This document shows positions 26,421 through 39,636 of a stretch of 64,000 bases of DNA, piece by piece. Source of the DNA: Amphiscolops sp. MND2022 (taxonomy: Eukaryota); assembly GCA_964187785.1 (NCBI GenBank), contig OZ076409.1:31870001-31934000 (forward strand), given 5' to 3'. Position numbers and translations under genes: made by a program. Below the pieces are notes generated by a model. It was not told the origin of the DNA. It searched no databases and worked only from the letters and a program-made list of their open reading frames with translations. Within the stretch, counting starts at the first letter, position 1, and each line of letters starts with the position of its first letter.

Positions 26421-26963
26421 AAAAAACTAGGTTTACAAATTCTAGTACAAAAATATGCTAACTACCAGAGCTTCCGAAATTTTCTTTGGGATCAAATATT
26501 TCAAACAAATTGAACCAAAATCAATGAATTGATCAGAGAAACTTGCAAATTCTTTATCACTTTTTCGCAAGAGCTGAAGCATTAATTTCGGTAATAAGAC
26601 TTTCATCCCAAGATAGTCTATTCATCTTCAAAAATTTCAAGGGTTCATTTGAAAATAACTTATCTAAAACCATCTATGGCCTAATCCGCGGTAGTAAAGA
26701 AGTTTTTCATATAATTAGAGGTCTATGAAATCAAAATCAATATAATTAGGCATTTTTGTGTTTTCCGTTTTTTCATCATTATTTCTAGTGTGCGTCACAT
26801 TTTATTGCATCATTCCAGGCAAAAAATAACAATTAATTGTAAAAGTTTCAGTCAATTGATTGCCATTGACCTGTCTAAATCAATTAATTGCATCCTAATA
26901 ATTACAGTTGAATAACTGCGAGTTAAAACTCGGAAGCCCTGATAACTACACTTTTACAAAGTT

Positions 26964-27182
26964 TTAATTGTACAAAATACTATTTACGGGTAATCTACAG
27001 TAAGGACATGTAACAACTGCAATTGCTAAACTATCTAAATAATGTTTTATACAATCTCTACAGGCTAAATGTAAACTATGTTCTTGATGAAAACTTTGTA
27101 AGTCTTCTACTCTAACGTTTTCGAAGCAGATATGGCAATCTTTTCTGCTTTTTATAGCTTGAGGCTTCTTCTTCACCCTCAT
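26964..27182 (-). CDS. 72-aa RING-variant micro-protein (putative E3 ligase)
   Basis: CHIC...HQEHSLHLACRDC...CPYC; start MRVK is shared by the paralogues; TTTCTAG acceptor 11 nt upstream. Confidence 0.75.
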   Translation of the reverse strand: MRVKKKPQAIKSRKDCHICFENVRVEDLQSFHQEHSLHLACRDCIKHYLDSLAIAVVTCPYCRLPVNSILYN

Positions 27183-30100
27183 CGTAGTGACACCTAGAAA
27201 CTCGATACTAATAAACATTGTGCACGGACATACAAAGGATATGCGTTTGCGACTGCGTTCTTCATTAACATTGGGGGAAAATTTTGTATTAGAGGGCAGG
27301 AATGTTCAAAATGAGAACGTTACTAATAACTGATCTTGTTTTTCAGTTACTAGTATAATTACTAGTGCAATAAATGCAGGAGCGGAGTGGCGTGCCATAT
27401 GGTCATGCCTCAATGTTCACGGCCCCTAGAAAGTTGCGGAATTGAAATTAAACAAATCGCGGGAACATTTGCGTTAAAAAGTCTTGAAATACTTCGATGA
27501 AAGAGCAACGCGATGTGATTTCGAGTACTTCGATGAAATAGCAACGCGATGTGATTTTGAGTAACTTCGGTGAAATAGCAACGCGATGTGATTTTCGAGT
27601 AACTTCTTTGAATATAGCAACGCGATGTGGTATCGAAACTCTTCAAAGTAATCTGTAAGCTATGCTTGAAACCCTTTTCGACAAAAGAATTGAGATGTAA
27701 CGATCATGGAAATACTTTGTATTTAAAAAGTTTTAACAATACACCATATTTGTTTAGTTGTGAAGTTATGCTTGGCTATCACACGTCTATCGCACGTTGT
27801 TAACTGTGTAACATTGTAGTAGGAAACGCAATGTGATGACTCATCACTGATGAGCATTCTACTGTGACAGGGACTCTAGTTTTCTGCTAGCCTCTAGTTT
27901 CCTCTAGTTTCTGAGCAGAAACGAGCAGAACTGGCAGAATTGGACGTAGCTGGCAGAACTTTTTAAAACTTGAGCAAAGAAGGAAAAGTCAGTGAATTTT
28001 TGTTTACTCTACTATTTTGCCACCCCGTGTTCTTAGCCATCAAGCCCTCCCCCCATTCAAAAATTCTAAGTAGCCTCGTTGAGAAACTTGAACTAAGAGC
28101 AGATTTGGCATATCATCATTTATTTCAAAATCAATATTTATTTGAAATTTGTAGTTGAAGCTGATGATGTTTTTCACTTCAAAAGTTTCCCAAGTTTTCA
28201 CTTGCGAAAATCCAAAAGCACCCGACATTTCAAAGATTTGTATTTTGATGCCATGAAATTATTACTCTTCTGTTATTCTTGATACGTTGTGCAAAGCAGA
28301 CTTAGTGGGACATAGACCCCTCTTTTTCACTCGGCCCCGGTGGAACGGGCATTAGGTGGGACATAAAAGGTGGGACCTCCTTTGAGGCATTGTGAAAAAT
28401 GACTGAAAGTGGCTAAGAAACCATTTGCACCAAAGTTCCATTGAGTGCCTTAACACTGGCACATTATCTTCGTTTTCAAACAACACCAGTGAATGCAGAA
28501 TAGTGGGAGGCGGCTGCACATGTGCACGTGCGCAGGTGCACTGGCACTGACGAACCCCCGTGTACTCAGGTCCAGGTACCAGTCACTTTATATGTTATTC
28601 CCTTTATATCTTATTCCCTTTTTGATTCTAGATCTCATTCTTTAGATCTTATTCCCCCCTCTAATTCAATCTCACCATCAACGTTTACATCGAAGTCAAA
28701 ATTGCTTTGGCGGATCGATATCTTCCGAAGTTCGTCATTCGAGCCGTGCAACTGGCCGACTGTTCAATTGGACGAATGTGCCACTAGCCGACAAAACCTT
28801 GATTTTAAATTAGGGATGTACAAGTTGATGTACAACACGTCACTCTTCGTTCACGGCTGCCGCGTTCAGATGACGTCACAGCAGTTCTTCGGTGAAACTT
28901 TCGTTCAGTCCTGGCATGGTTCATAAACGGATTTTTAAAATTCTAATATCTTCGTTTGCATTTTCATTTTGATCGCCATTGCTAATTGTTTGAATTTTTG
29001 CCAATTAATTGCAAGTTTGAATCAAAAACAATTGAAAAGGATCGTTTCTATTTATTTTTTCGGGGATTTAGTAGCCATGGGGAGAGATGACTCTGAGGGC
29101 TGCTGTGCTGTTACTTGCACTTCTCGCACCCTCCGACAAAATGCTTTCTATAGTAATCTCTAAAGTCTATTGTCTGTTTCTAAAGTCTATAGTCACATAC
29201 TGCAAAACTTCAACCTTAATCTCCCATAATCTCCCATAATGTACAGGGCTGGGTAATGTAGCCATAGAGAGAGAGATGACTTTGAGAGGGCAGTTATTTT
29301 GCCATGAACTACGTTTTTACATCCCTTCCACTAATACCCCAAAACCAAATGATGGTAAATTTATGTGACACTAGACTTGCAGTTGTTTTTTAATAAAAAT
29401 TATTTTCAACAAAACGAATTGTTGAGCATTATCCATTCTGATGCTTGGAAAAGATTTGCTTGTCAAGATTCTGAATTGCCGCTTTGGTTTAAAATTTGTG
29501 GAAATTTTTGAGTTATTTTGAAAATATGAGAAATTTTTGAATTTGAATATTCACACCAATTTCAAAAGTATGACCATTTCTCTCAAGTTATTTGTGAATC
29601 CACAATTTTTAATTTTATTATTTTAGGCAACAGGGATACTTCAGAGAAATAGAGAAACCAACTAATTAGGAGCAACAAGTACTCAATTTCAATTATCTAC
29701 GTTAATCACAGCGCGTACAAATATTGTGAAAATTTCGTTCAGTCCCGGCATGGTTGGTAAACGGATTTCCAATTGCTTCGTTCGCCTTGCAGTTGTCTGA
29801 ATAGTAAATCGCAAATAGCAAACACCTTCACAGCAAACGACAATTCGAATTCAAAATTCTCTCCACTATTGAATTATCTACATTTTTATGATGACCAAAT
29901 AACAATAGCGAACACAGTTCAGTGAACAAGTTTAAATCTCAGGTTTTGTGAAACTCATTTCAGTTAATTGAAACAAATTCACCATTCCGAAACGAATTTA
30001 GTTTTATAAAATATTGGTTTTCTGAAATGAGTTTCACAGATCCTAAAAATTAACTTTGTCCTTAAATGAAATGTCCTTTGAAGATTAAATCAACTTTCAT

Positions 30101-30861
30101 TTGTCAATGAATTTGTCAATAAATGAAATGTCATTTGAAAATGAAATCCAGCGTCATTCGTCAATGAAACTGTCATAAAATGAATGCCATTAAATGAAAT
30201 GTCCTTAAATCTGTCATTAAATTAAACTATAATTTGCCCTTATGTTATTTGGTCTACATTTGCGTGAAACAGAATTGGTTCAATTCTTATCAGAATTACC
30301 TGTCAGAATTGCGTTTCGGAAAGTTTATTTACTTGGTTGTTTTAACTTTTATATTGTTGATATTCTGTTTAACAGGTAAGAACGTTAAAATGGTAACTCC
30401 GATATAAAAGATGTTGCAATAGTTGAAAATTGTATTGTCGAAGATTTCCGGGGTGGGGAATAATCGGTAGGGGTGAGAGGGCGATAAACGTTACAGGAAA
30501 ATTCTTTTCAAGTAACTACTACTTAAATTTCAAAATTTTGAGGTACTTCGACCAATATACTAAAATATTAAGATACGTCGACGAATTGAATACTACTACA
30601 GTAGTGATATTAGCGAAAGCAACAAAACATATAATATATATACATAAAATAGTATTTTCATTAAAATATAATTTAATAAATAGTATTAATACTATTATAT
30701 CGTCTAAGAATAATAAAAATTTAATAATTCAATAATTATTACTATTTACTAAATAGTATTTAGGATAAAATATTTATAAACATATCTTATAAGTAAAAAA
30801 AACGGATGTTCGATACAGAGTGCTCAACTAATTTTTTCACGAGGTTTCAGGAGTCAAGAGC

Positions 30862-31071
30862 ATGAGGGTCAAGCGAATGCCCCAGAAGATCTACAGTAGT
30901 TGCTTAATTTGCTTAGATGATTATAGATCAGTAGAATTACAGAGTTTGCATGAAAAACATAGATTACATTTAGTATGTAGAGACTGTTTAGATACCCTTT
31001 TAGTTAGTTTTGTAAATGTACTTAAATGTCCTTTATGTAGAATACCTGTAGATAATGTTTTATATTCTTAG
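30862..31071 (+). CDS. 69-aa RING-variant micro-protein
   Basis: CLIC...HEKHRLHLVCRDC...CPLC; TTTCAG acceptor 11 nt upstream; candidate GTAAG donor at 30376. Confidence 0.75.
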   Translation: MRVKRMPQKIYSSCLICLDDYRSVELQSLHEKHRLHLVCRDCLDTLLVSFVNVLKCPLCRIPVDNVLYS

Positions 31072-31123
31072 TTCTGTAAATTTTGTAGATTTTCTAAATT
31101 CATTGTACTATTTAGTTTACGGA

Positions 31124-31675
31124 CAGTGGTGTTAAAAGAAAAAATATCTCATTTCAACGAAAATACGTATTGACGAATGCGACAGCCAATCAAATGTGAG
31201 CAAAAACTTTTTGTGTTACAAGTTTTATAAAAATTGAAATAAAATTGAAACATGTTATAACATGGGCCAATCAGATGCAAATACAAACGGAATGTTATTC
31301 AGTTGATGAGGAATGTTGCGATTTGTTCGGACTTTTACCCTTCCCCATTTTTGCTGAATTTGCATTTTCATAATGAACAGAATTAATGATAGAATTGAAG
31401 AGTGAGTGTGAATAAAAGAATTCAGCGACGCAGTTATCTCGAAGACGGCAAAGCCCGTGAAAATGGTAGACGCAAATCTGTATGTACATTTGTTGTCCCA
31501 TTTTACATCAGCAGTTTTGTTGTATCAGCAGTTTTCACAACAAATGTACTTACAAATTTGCGTCTACCATTTTCACGGGCTTTGCCGTCTTCGAGGTAAC
31601 TGTGATTATTCATACGTTTATATTGTGGAAAAATAATTGTAAAAGTTGACAACTAATTGATTTTTAACACCACTG
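31124..31675. mobile_element. MITE-like element (CAGTGGTGTTAAAA ends) with a nested foldback at 31431-31602
   Basis: 14-bp perfect inverted ends; inner ~65-bp-arm hairpin; TSD not clear. Confidence 0.6.
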
Positions 31676-31678
31676 TTT

Positions 31679-31756
31679 GAGATCCTTCAGAGGCCACGTT
31701 CTCGGCGTGGGTCTTGTTATGGGCGACACTATGTGATCCCCTAACTGAGAGCCTCT
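31679..31756 (+). ncRNA. HDV-like self-cleaving ribozyme, copy 2 (predicted cut 5' of G31679; catalytic C31745)
   Basis: GAGATCC-TTC-AGAGGCC-ACG-TTCTCGG-CGT-GGGTCTT-G-TTATGGGCGACACTATGTGATCCCCTAA-CTGA-GAGCCTCT fits the nested double-pseudoknot order. Confidence 0.75.
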
Positions 31757-33417
31757 TTAAAATCACAGAATACTGGGCTAGCGTGCGTGTATATGTTGTG
31801 ATTTCTGATCACAACATTAACAAAGGCCCGACATTTTTGAAAAGACGTCATTATTGAATTCAGTAGTAAAGCAGAAATATAACCCAGCTTAGATGGCATG
31901 AACTTGCCTTTCTGGTTCCCCTCCAACACCAGCTACTCTCTGGCTACTATTGATTCAATCTATATTAATTGGTGATTGGAAAAACGTTAAATAATAAAAA
32001 TAATAACAAATAAACACCGTACATGTATAACAGTAGTAAGGTAAGCGAACCATTCTCATCACAAGGCGTTTTTTTTCTAAAATAGTTTCAATCTTTTACA
32101 AAATGGGGACAGGTGCTCAGATATCTAGAGATAGGCGACAACAGATACTTACCTAATGAATCTGGATTTCATGGAGCAAGTTACTATTCTGCCCCGGTGG
32201 AGCATCAGAGTGTTTAACTTCGGTGATCTAACGAGCGGATGCTGTTGCTCCGAGCCATAGTCCCCTATTTACGGTAAACTAATTTGAATATATATACGCA
32301 ATACATGTAAAAACTCCACGCTGCGTTCCATCACATTTCGTTTGTTTTAGCTCACACCATACTGTTATAAACAAAAATACATTATATAAAAGACGGTAGG
32401 TGGTGTTCTTAATAAAAAACTGGGTGCAATTCTTGTCACTTTTAATTTGTCGCAATTATTCTTTTCTGCAATTTAAATTATAAAAAATATTTATAATAAG
32501 AGAACGCACATCGCTGTAAAAGAGCCTGAGAGAGATTAGGTTAGTCACATGCGCAGGGATGATATGTATCTTCAGCTGTGGATTCCCAAATAACTTATGA
32601 GCAAATAACAAAATCTAATTTAGTTTCAAATAACAGAAATGAAATCACTTCCAAATAAAATTGTTTACAAGAAAGTTTTGCTGAAAACAATGAAAATTAC
32701 ACATAAAGTTTCGTGTTTCCTGGAATTCCAAAAACCTGGAATTTGGTTTTATTTTTATGCTAAATAATTAAATCTCATTTTGTAAATGGTAAGTGGGACT
32801 AATTTTGTTGTGATGAGAACTGAACTGATAAAGAAACACAATGTGATTGAGTCTGAAAAAAGGGCTTTCATATCGAGCATGAAAACACGCCTTATTTTCA
32901 CCTCAAACAAAATTTTTTGATTGCAAAGTTAAACTCTTTTTTTTGCAAAATAAAATTATTGCCACAGAGACGCAACATGTTTGATATCCCAAAGTGTTTG
33001 CAATCAATATCAATCACATTGCGTTTCTTTTAGATCATACGTCTAGTGAAACATTACACATCTAATCTCAATCATATTGCGTTTCTTTCTCTACGTTAAT
33101 TCAAACAAAATCCCACCTTTTATGTCCCACTAATTGCCCGTCCCACCAAGGCATAGTAAAAAGGGGTCTATGTCCCACTAAGTCTGGTTTCCTCAACACA
33201 ATCCACTAAGTTTTTACAATCATATAATAGACTAAATAATAAGGGTAATATATAGAAAACTAATACAATAACTTGACCAATAAGGGACTTTTATATGAAT
33301 GTTTTCTTGTTTGGAGAAAAAATTTCTTCAAAGAAATCAAGTTCCGTACATATTGGCTGTGACAGCACTAAAAGTTGGTAGTTTGAATTCTGCGGTATGG
33401 GACCGAATTTACATTTC

Positions 33418-33474
33418 TGGGTGAAGTGCCCTCAATGTAGAAAAGAAGATTGTGTGCTTAGATTGTGGGTCTAA
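33418..33474 (+). pseudogene. Orphan 3' exon of the spliced micro-RING gene (WVKCPQCRKEDCVLRLWV*)
   Basis: Homologous to exon 2 at 39561-39636. Confidence 0.5.
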
Positions 33475-35456
33475 AATGACAATTTTTGTTCACTGTGTTT
33501 CCTTTTTATCAAACTTACTTTGAGGTTGCAGGTGTCAAGAAGAAAGTCAATTCCAAAGTCAATTCTAAAGAAGAAAGTCATGAGAAAAAATGCCCCCCCC
33601 CAAAAAAAAACGAACAAAATGTTTGTTGGTATTTGTTTCATGTAACACACAAATAAAACAGAAAGTAGAACAAAAGCTGAATCTTCTGAATTATTTTTGC
33701 TTTTGACCGTAAACAAATTTAATTTATTAATCATATAAGTACGCAGCAACCAACAGCATTTTGTGGTATTTCTAATCAGGGGTGCGCAATATTGCATTTA
33801 TATTTCTTTCACTGTATTTACATCACAGAAATTTGTGTGTATTAACCGACTACGACTACTGGCGAATAAAATGATTACGTACCAAATAACATACAGGGTT
33901 ACCGAAAAAATCATTCCAATGGAAATAACTGCAATCAATCAATAATAACAATCGATTAGAAGCCGCATTAGGCATGAAAAGTTAATCATAAAAGCCACAG
34001 CTTACTGTATTTCTTCGAATATAAGCAGCCAAATCTAAGCAAAAAAGCCTGGTTGGAGTAATCATACTGCGCGAGGAAGTGGAGAAGGACATTGCTCTCA
34101 ACACTGCTGCATTTCGACGTAATTACGGTGTAAATTGATGTTATTCATTCGATATGCCATAGAACAACATCAACAATAACAGTGGTATCTATTCCATAAA
34201 CCCTGTCGGTGGCTCCTACCGAGGCTCGAACCACTGTTTCACTATGCAGCTAGTGTGAGAGCAATCTTTCGCGCAACCGACTACTCCAACAAGACCTTGA
34301 AGCATCCGGTAGTGTTGCAGTTCATATACCATATTTACTGCGAACCAACGAATATATGACAACGCGGGAGCCAACAGCCCTTTTAAATAATTCTTGATAC
34401 GCCAGCTTCACGTACCTGCGTTGTCAGGTTTGACAAGAGCTTAAAATTGTTTGAAGTGCAGTCGAATCTCACTTTCATATTGTATACCCTCATTGAGAGG
34501 TAAAACTCATTATCGTTGGTCATTTTGAATCTCCGTCCTCCCAAGTTATAAATATAACATCCTCCTATTAAAATGCAACTTTCGATATGAGGTCTCTTCC
34601 CATTCTTCCCGATAAATGTTAAAAGTCAGGTGTTAAGTGTTAAGTTAAAATGGAGCAAATCCGGTTTGAGCCAATCAAATTTCAGAAAAATGGATGGACC
34701 GGAACGAAGTCCTCACGCAAAATTGAGTTGTGAATTAAAAAGTTCATTTTTCTCTGAAGTTTCCCGGGCTTTCGTTCCGGTCCGCATGCTTTCAGCCAAT
34801 CAGATTGCAGAGAAATCGCAGTACGCTCTTTCTGAAGAGGATAAACAAAAGTATAAACAAGTAAGGCAGCATAAGGACGGAAAGATGCAAAAGGCTCAAA
34901 ATAGACCGGTACCACCAAGGTTGTAAAATATTGTATTTCAATATATTTTTGCATGAAATTAAACTATTTATATTTATTTTTCATTTGGTTTTTGAAGTTT
35001 GCTATACCTACAGCTAGCTTGTTTGCCTTGAAGTACACTGAACGACAGAAAAGTAACGCAATGTGATTGAGCATATTTGTGATTAGCGTACGTGTAACTT
35101 AATTAATTGTTAAGTGTGTGGAATTCCGTGTGGAATTAATTAACTGAACATCACACCGCGTAGTTAATTCATATGATATTACCTGGAAATCACACCGTGT
35201 TGCTAATTCTTCATTGAATATTACTGAAAATCACACCGCGTTGCTATTTCATTGAATATTACTCAAAATCACAGAAATTTCAAACAATTATTTTTGTAAA
35301 CTAGATGAAAGTCTAAAAAACTTTGGTAGCTGACAATTTTTTTTGTATTCGTGACTGTAGCATGGTATCTCTAGAAACTAGCTCAAGATTTCTGTATTAT
35401 CGAATTTAATCATTGAATTCAGTATGACATTCCTTATTGCCTTTTTCTACAACTGT

Positions 35457-36235
35457 AAGGGGTACCGCAAAATTAATTGCCATAAAATTTCCTAGCTTCC
35501 ATAAATAATTTTCATGGATGACAGCTGTCCATAAATTATTTCCATAATCTTCTCAGAAAAATAAATAATGGCAATTATTTTTTGAATTACAAGAAATAAT
35601 ACTTAAGTCAGAACATGGAGACAAAAAGTACATGTACAATTATACCAGCGTAGAAATCAACTCAGCGTCCCAAAATTTTTGTTGACGATTAGAAAAGTTC
35701 GGCTTGAAGATGCATTGACGACAACTGTTGACAACTAACCGCTAACAGCCAGACTGGATGCTGTGAAAATAATGGCTGCCATAATTCTCAGAAATCCATA
35801 AATTATGGCAATACTCCTTTGTCCAAAAATAAATTATTTTTATAGATTACGTACCAAATAACAAAAGTGCAAATAACATTAAAACAAAATTAGTGTCAAA
35901 TAACATAAAAATAAAACCGAATACCCGGTTAAACAATCGAACTCAGAAAATGTTATCTGTAATTTCCACACTTTTTTCAGTGAATCGTTTGATTTGTGAA
36001 TGCTTTTGACCACTAAAACTTTCTCGTAAACAATTTTGTTTTTCTGTTTAGTGAAACCCATTTCATTTTTATGTTATTTGAAACTAATTTCATTTTTATG
36101 TTATTTGAAACTAATTTTGTTTTTATGTTATTTGCTTTTATGCTATTTGGGAATTCACCATTTTTATGGAAGACCCAAAAAATTAATTATTTATGGCCAT
36201 TATTTCCACAATGAATTATTTTTGCGGTACCCCTG
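35457..36235. mobile_element. hAT-type MITE
   Basis: TIR AGGGGTACCGCAAAA; 8-bp TSD acaactgt. Confidence 0.85.
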
Positions 36236-36639
36236 ACAACTGTTCACATTCAACAGTGACAGTTTTAAAGATATTTGGATTTTAAAAATGAACTCTTTTT
36301 GTTTCAAAATTTTTCAAAATGGGGACAGTTGCTCAGAGCCAGCTATGATATCTACAGATATGATCACAAAGATGCCAATGAACCCTCCTCCTAAGTGTTG
36401 TTTAACTTCGGTGATACCAACAAGCGGAAGCTGTTGCTCTGAGCTATAGTCCCCTATTTACAGTGAAATAATTAGAATTTATATACACAGCAGGCCTGCT
36501 GGTTAATCGTGGCGCGAATTACCGCGAATTTCCCGCGAATAACCAGCAGCCTTTTACAGAGTCAATGGTGTCCGTTCAATTACTTTCTGCATATGAGCTC
36601 ACCGATGACGTCACTAGATCACTCAGTGCTGCAAAATAA

Positions 36640-37110
36640 AGATAAATTTTCGAACGTTTTGAACTTCTACTTGAACAAAATGAAATCTATATTTTCCAGT
36701 CAATATGAGTTATTCAAAACTCGTTTACGGAGCTCTCTCAAAAACCTTAGCATTCAAGTTAAGCGAGAGAGAAATGAACATGAGAAGAGTTTGTTCTCGA
36801 AAGTAACCCAATTGGAGAATATTATTTTGTCTGACGTGAATGAAGGTGATCCGAAGGCTTTGAAAAATATGTTAGCTTCTAGACGTAATAAAAACAACAT
36901 CAAATTGCTGAAAATTGATAAAGGCGAAATACTTACAGAACAAACACAAATCTTGAATGAGTTTCAAAAATGGTATGGAAAAACATTGAAAGAAGACCTT
37001 TCTGATGAAACAACACCTGAAAAAATTGCGGATATTCAATCTTCCTACATAGAAAAGCATTTATATGTACCTTCTCGAAATTCATCTGACGATAATGAAA
37101 ACATATCCGA
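36640..37110 (+). pseudogene. Fragment resembling the L1/Tx1 LINE ORF2 linker region
   Basis: IKLLKIDKGEILTEQTQILNEFQKWY resembles the segment preceding the RT domain; no RT present. Confidence 0.45.
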
Positions 37111-37781
37111 AAGATTGTTGAGATGTTTTATATTTATTTTTTCTTATTTTGCTTCATCGAGGTATTTAATTAAAATTAACTATTCTGCGTGTCGAAAGAA
37201 CAAGTCCCACGGAAAATTAAATTGAAATAACTAGTAGTAGCAAAAAATCAATAATATTAAAGTCGACATTATTTAATTACTTTGGGTCAGATGAGACATG
37301 GCGTTACATTATAATGGTCCGATTGCCAAGTAGCAAACTTTCTCCCTAATTCAGCTTTTTTATTGTAAAAATGTTTATTTTGTGCAAGAATAATTTTCGG
37401 ACTCGAGATCGTATGTTCACATACCCCTAGTGCCCTATATACAGGAGCGAAGCGAAGCGGAGCGACGTGCCATATGGCCATGCCTCAATGTTGCTACTTG
37501 GCGAAGGAAGCGAAGCGACCGAGCCATACAACAAATATGCAAACTTTTTCAAATAAATCAATATTAGCTGAAATGTGGCGAAAATAAACGTGGCGATCTT
37601 ATATGGTGGCTAACTTAAACGTGGCTAAGTTTTACGGGCTAACTTATACGTGGCGAACTTAAATATGGCGAACTTACAACGGCACCATTTTTGTCAATTT
37701 TCACTGTCTCATAGGAGGTCCCACCTTTTATGTCCCACCTATTGCCCGCTCCACCAAAGTTCAATAGAAAGGGGGTCAATG

Positions 37782-38290
37782 CAGGGCTGGGTCATCCGCA
37801 ATTATTGTGTACAATTATTGCAATTATATTGCGTACAATTATTGTGGGAGGCGAAATTAAATATTGCAATAATTGTGTCACCACTGAAAAATATTGTACC
37901 CAATTTCACTATTCGTGGTATTCGCCAATTTTTCTTAAAATCTGCCTGAAAATTTAACAGTTTCCGTATTTTACTTCAAAACATGCTTTTGAAACTATTT
38001 TTGTCGTGTGGTAAAATCATTGCTACCTGTTAATCTGGAAGCTCAAATTTTTTTTTGCGCTAATAAAAACATTTGGAACGTTAAAACCATCGACAACCTA
38101 ATCAATAACCAAGTACCTTGATTTAATACTCCCAAAAAACATAATAAATTGTTTTAATGTTATCGTTTTTTCCAAAAAATATTGTACAATAATTGCAATA
38201 ATTGCAAGTATTGTGGGATGCCGTCTTGAAAATTGCAATAATTGAGGATTGGAACGTTATTGTATTGCAATTTAATTGAATCCAGCCCTG
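37782..38290. mobile_element. hAT-type MITE inserted into a GGTGGGAC element
   Basis: TIR CAGGGCTGG; perfect TSD ggtcaatg splits the GGGGTCAATGTCCCAC motif. Confidence 0.9.
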
Positions 38291-38985
38291 GGTCAATGTC
38301 CCACTAAGTCTGGTTTCCTCAAAACACAGACATTTTTTCTCAATGAATGAGTTCAATGAATTTTTTCTCTCGTAAATGATGTTTTACATTTGAGAGTTCT
38401 TTGTTGTTTCTACATTTTTGAATTATTTCATTTATCATTCTGAATAATGCTTAATCATTATACAAAGTAATTAAATTTTTCAAATCAAATCGTTTTAGCT
38501 CATACCAATGATTATTTTAGGATTTTGACAGAATAACAGACAATAAATTAAATTAAACAAAACGAATTAACAAAAAAAGCCCCAGACAATATATCAAGAG
38601 GGATCCTTATATTTAAAGAGTGATTCTGGATGTGAATCTTTATTCACTGTATTTCGAAACTTAAACTAACAGCAGTTTTCGCATATCATCTTTTATTTCA
38701 AAACTTGGTGGTAATTAACTTGATTCACTAATATCACTAACATAGAAAATTGTGCAAATACAAGACGTTATTTCAAATATTCAAGTAGATGGTTACTTGT
38801 GTGAAAGGACAAAACAAACTTTTACTAAACAAAGCAAGGTATAGATAAAAGATAGAGTTAAATAACGATGTTTTTCGTCAATGATTTGACTCCATTGATC
38901 ATTCAAGCTCCTAACACTGATCGCAAAACACTATCAAAACACCTTAATCTTCAAAATTTCGTCACTTTTCCTACGAAGTATCCAA

Positions 38986-39636
38986 ATGCTGCTCTGTGCC
39001 GTTTGTGGGGAGGAACTGTACAACCTTATTTGGTGGCTTGATGAGAAACACGCAATATGCCGGGAGTGCCGTAAGGCTTGGATCAAAAGCCTAGAGAGGT
39101 GAGTTTTACAGAACTTTGCTTTTGAAGTTTGTAGTTGAAGCTGACAATGTTTTTTACTTCAAAAGTTTCCCATATTTCCATGAACAAAATTCCAAAAACT
39201 TTCGTTATTTCAAAGATAGTTTTTTGATGCCATGAAATTATTACTTTTGAGTAATTCTTGATACGTTGAGTAAAGTAGAATTAGTGGGACATATACCCCC
39301 TTCTTCACTAGACCTTGGTAGGACGGGCATTAGGTGGGTCATGAAAGGTGGGACATGAAAGGTGGGACGTCCAATTAGACGTTCAAAAATTATTGAAATT
39401 GGCAAAAAAAATTGTTGGAGCTAACATTCTACAAAGTGTCTAATCCCCTGCACATTGACTCCGTTTCCAGATCAAGAATTAATAAAACGGAACAAAAAGT
39501 TTGAAATGAACTAACTTATTCATGATTGTGTTCATAAATTATCCATACTGTGATTTACAGGCAAACGACCACTGACAGCATCATTTGGGTGAAGTGCCCT
39601 CAGTGCAGGAGAGAGAGCGTGCTTAAATGGAAGTGA
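38986..39636 (+). CDS. Spliced 62-aa RING-variant micro-protein (exons 38986-39098 and 39561-39636); not in the ORF track
   Basis: MLLCAVCGEELYNLIWWLDEKHAICRECRKAWIKSLERQTTTDSIIWVKCPQCRRESVLKWK; GTGAG donor and TTTACAG acceptor, phase 2. Confidence 0.7.

Noticed and set aside
27840..27870. Hammerhead ribozyme (CTGATGAG)
   Set aside because: No stem II followed by GAAA; the motif is one arm of a short palindrome.
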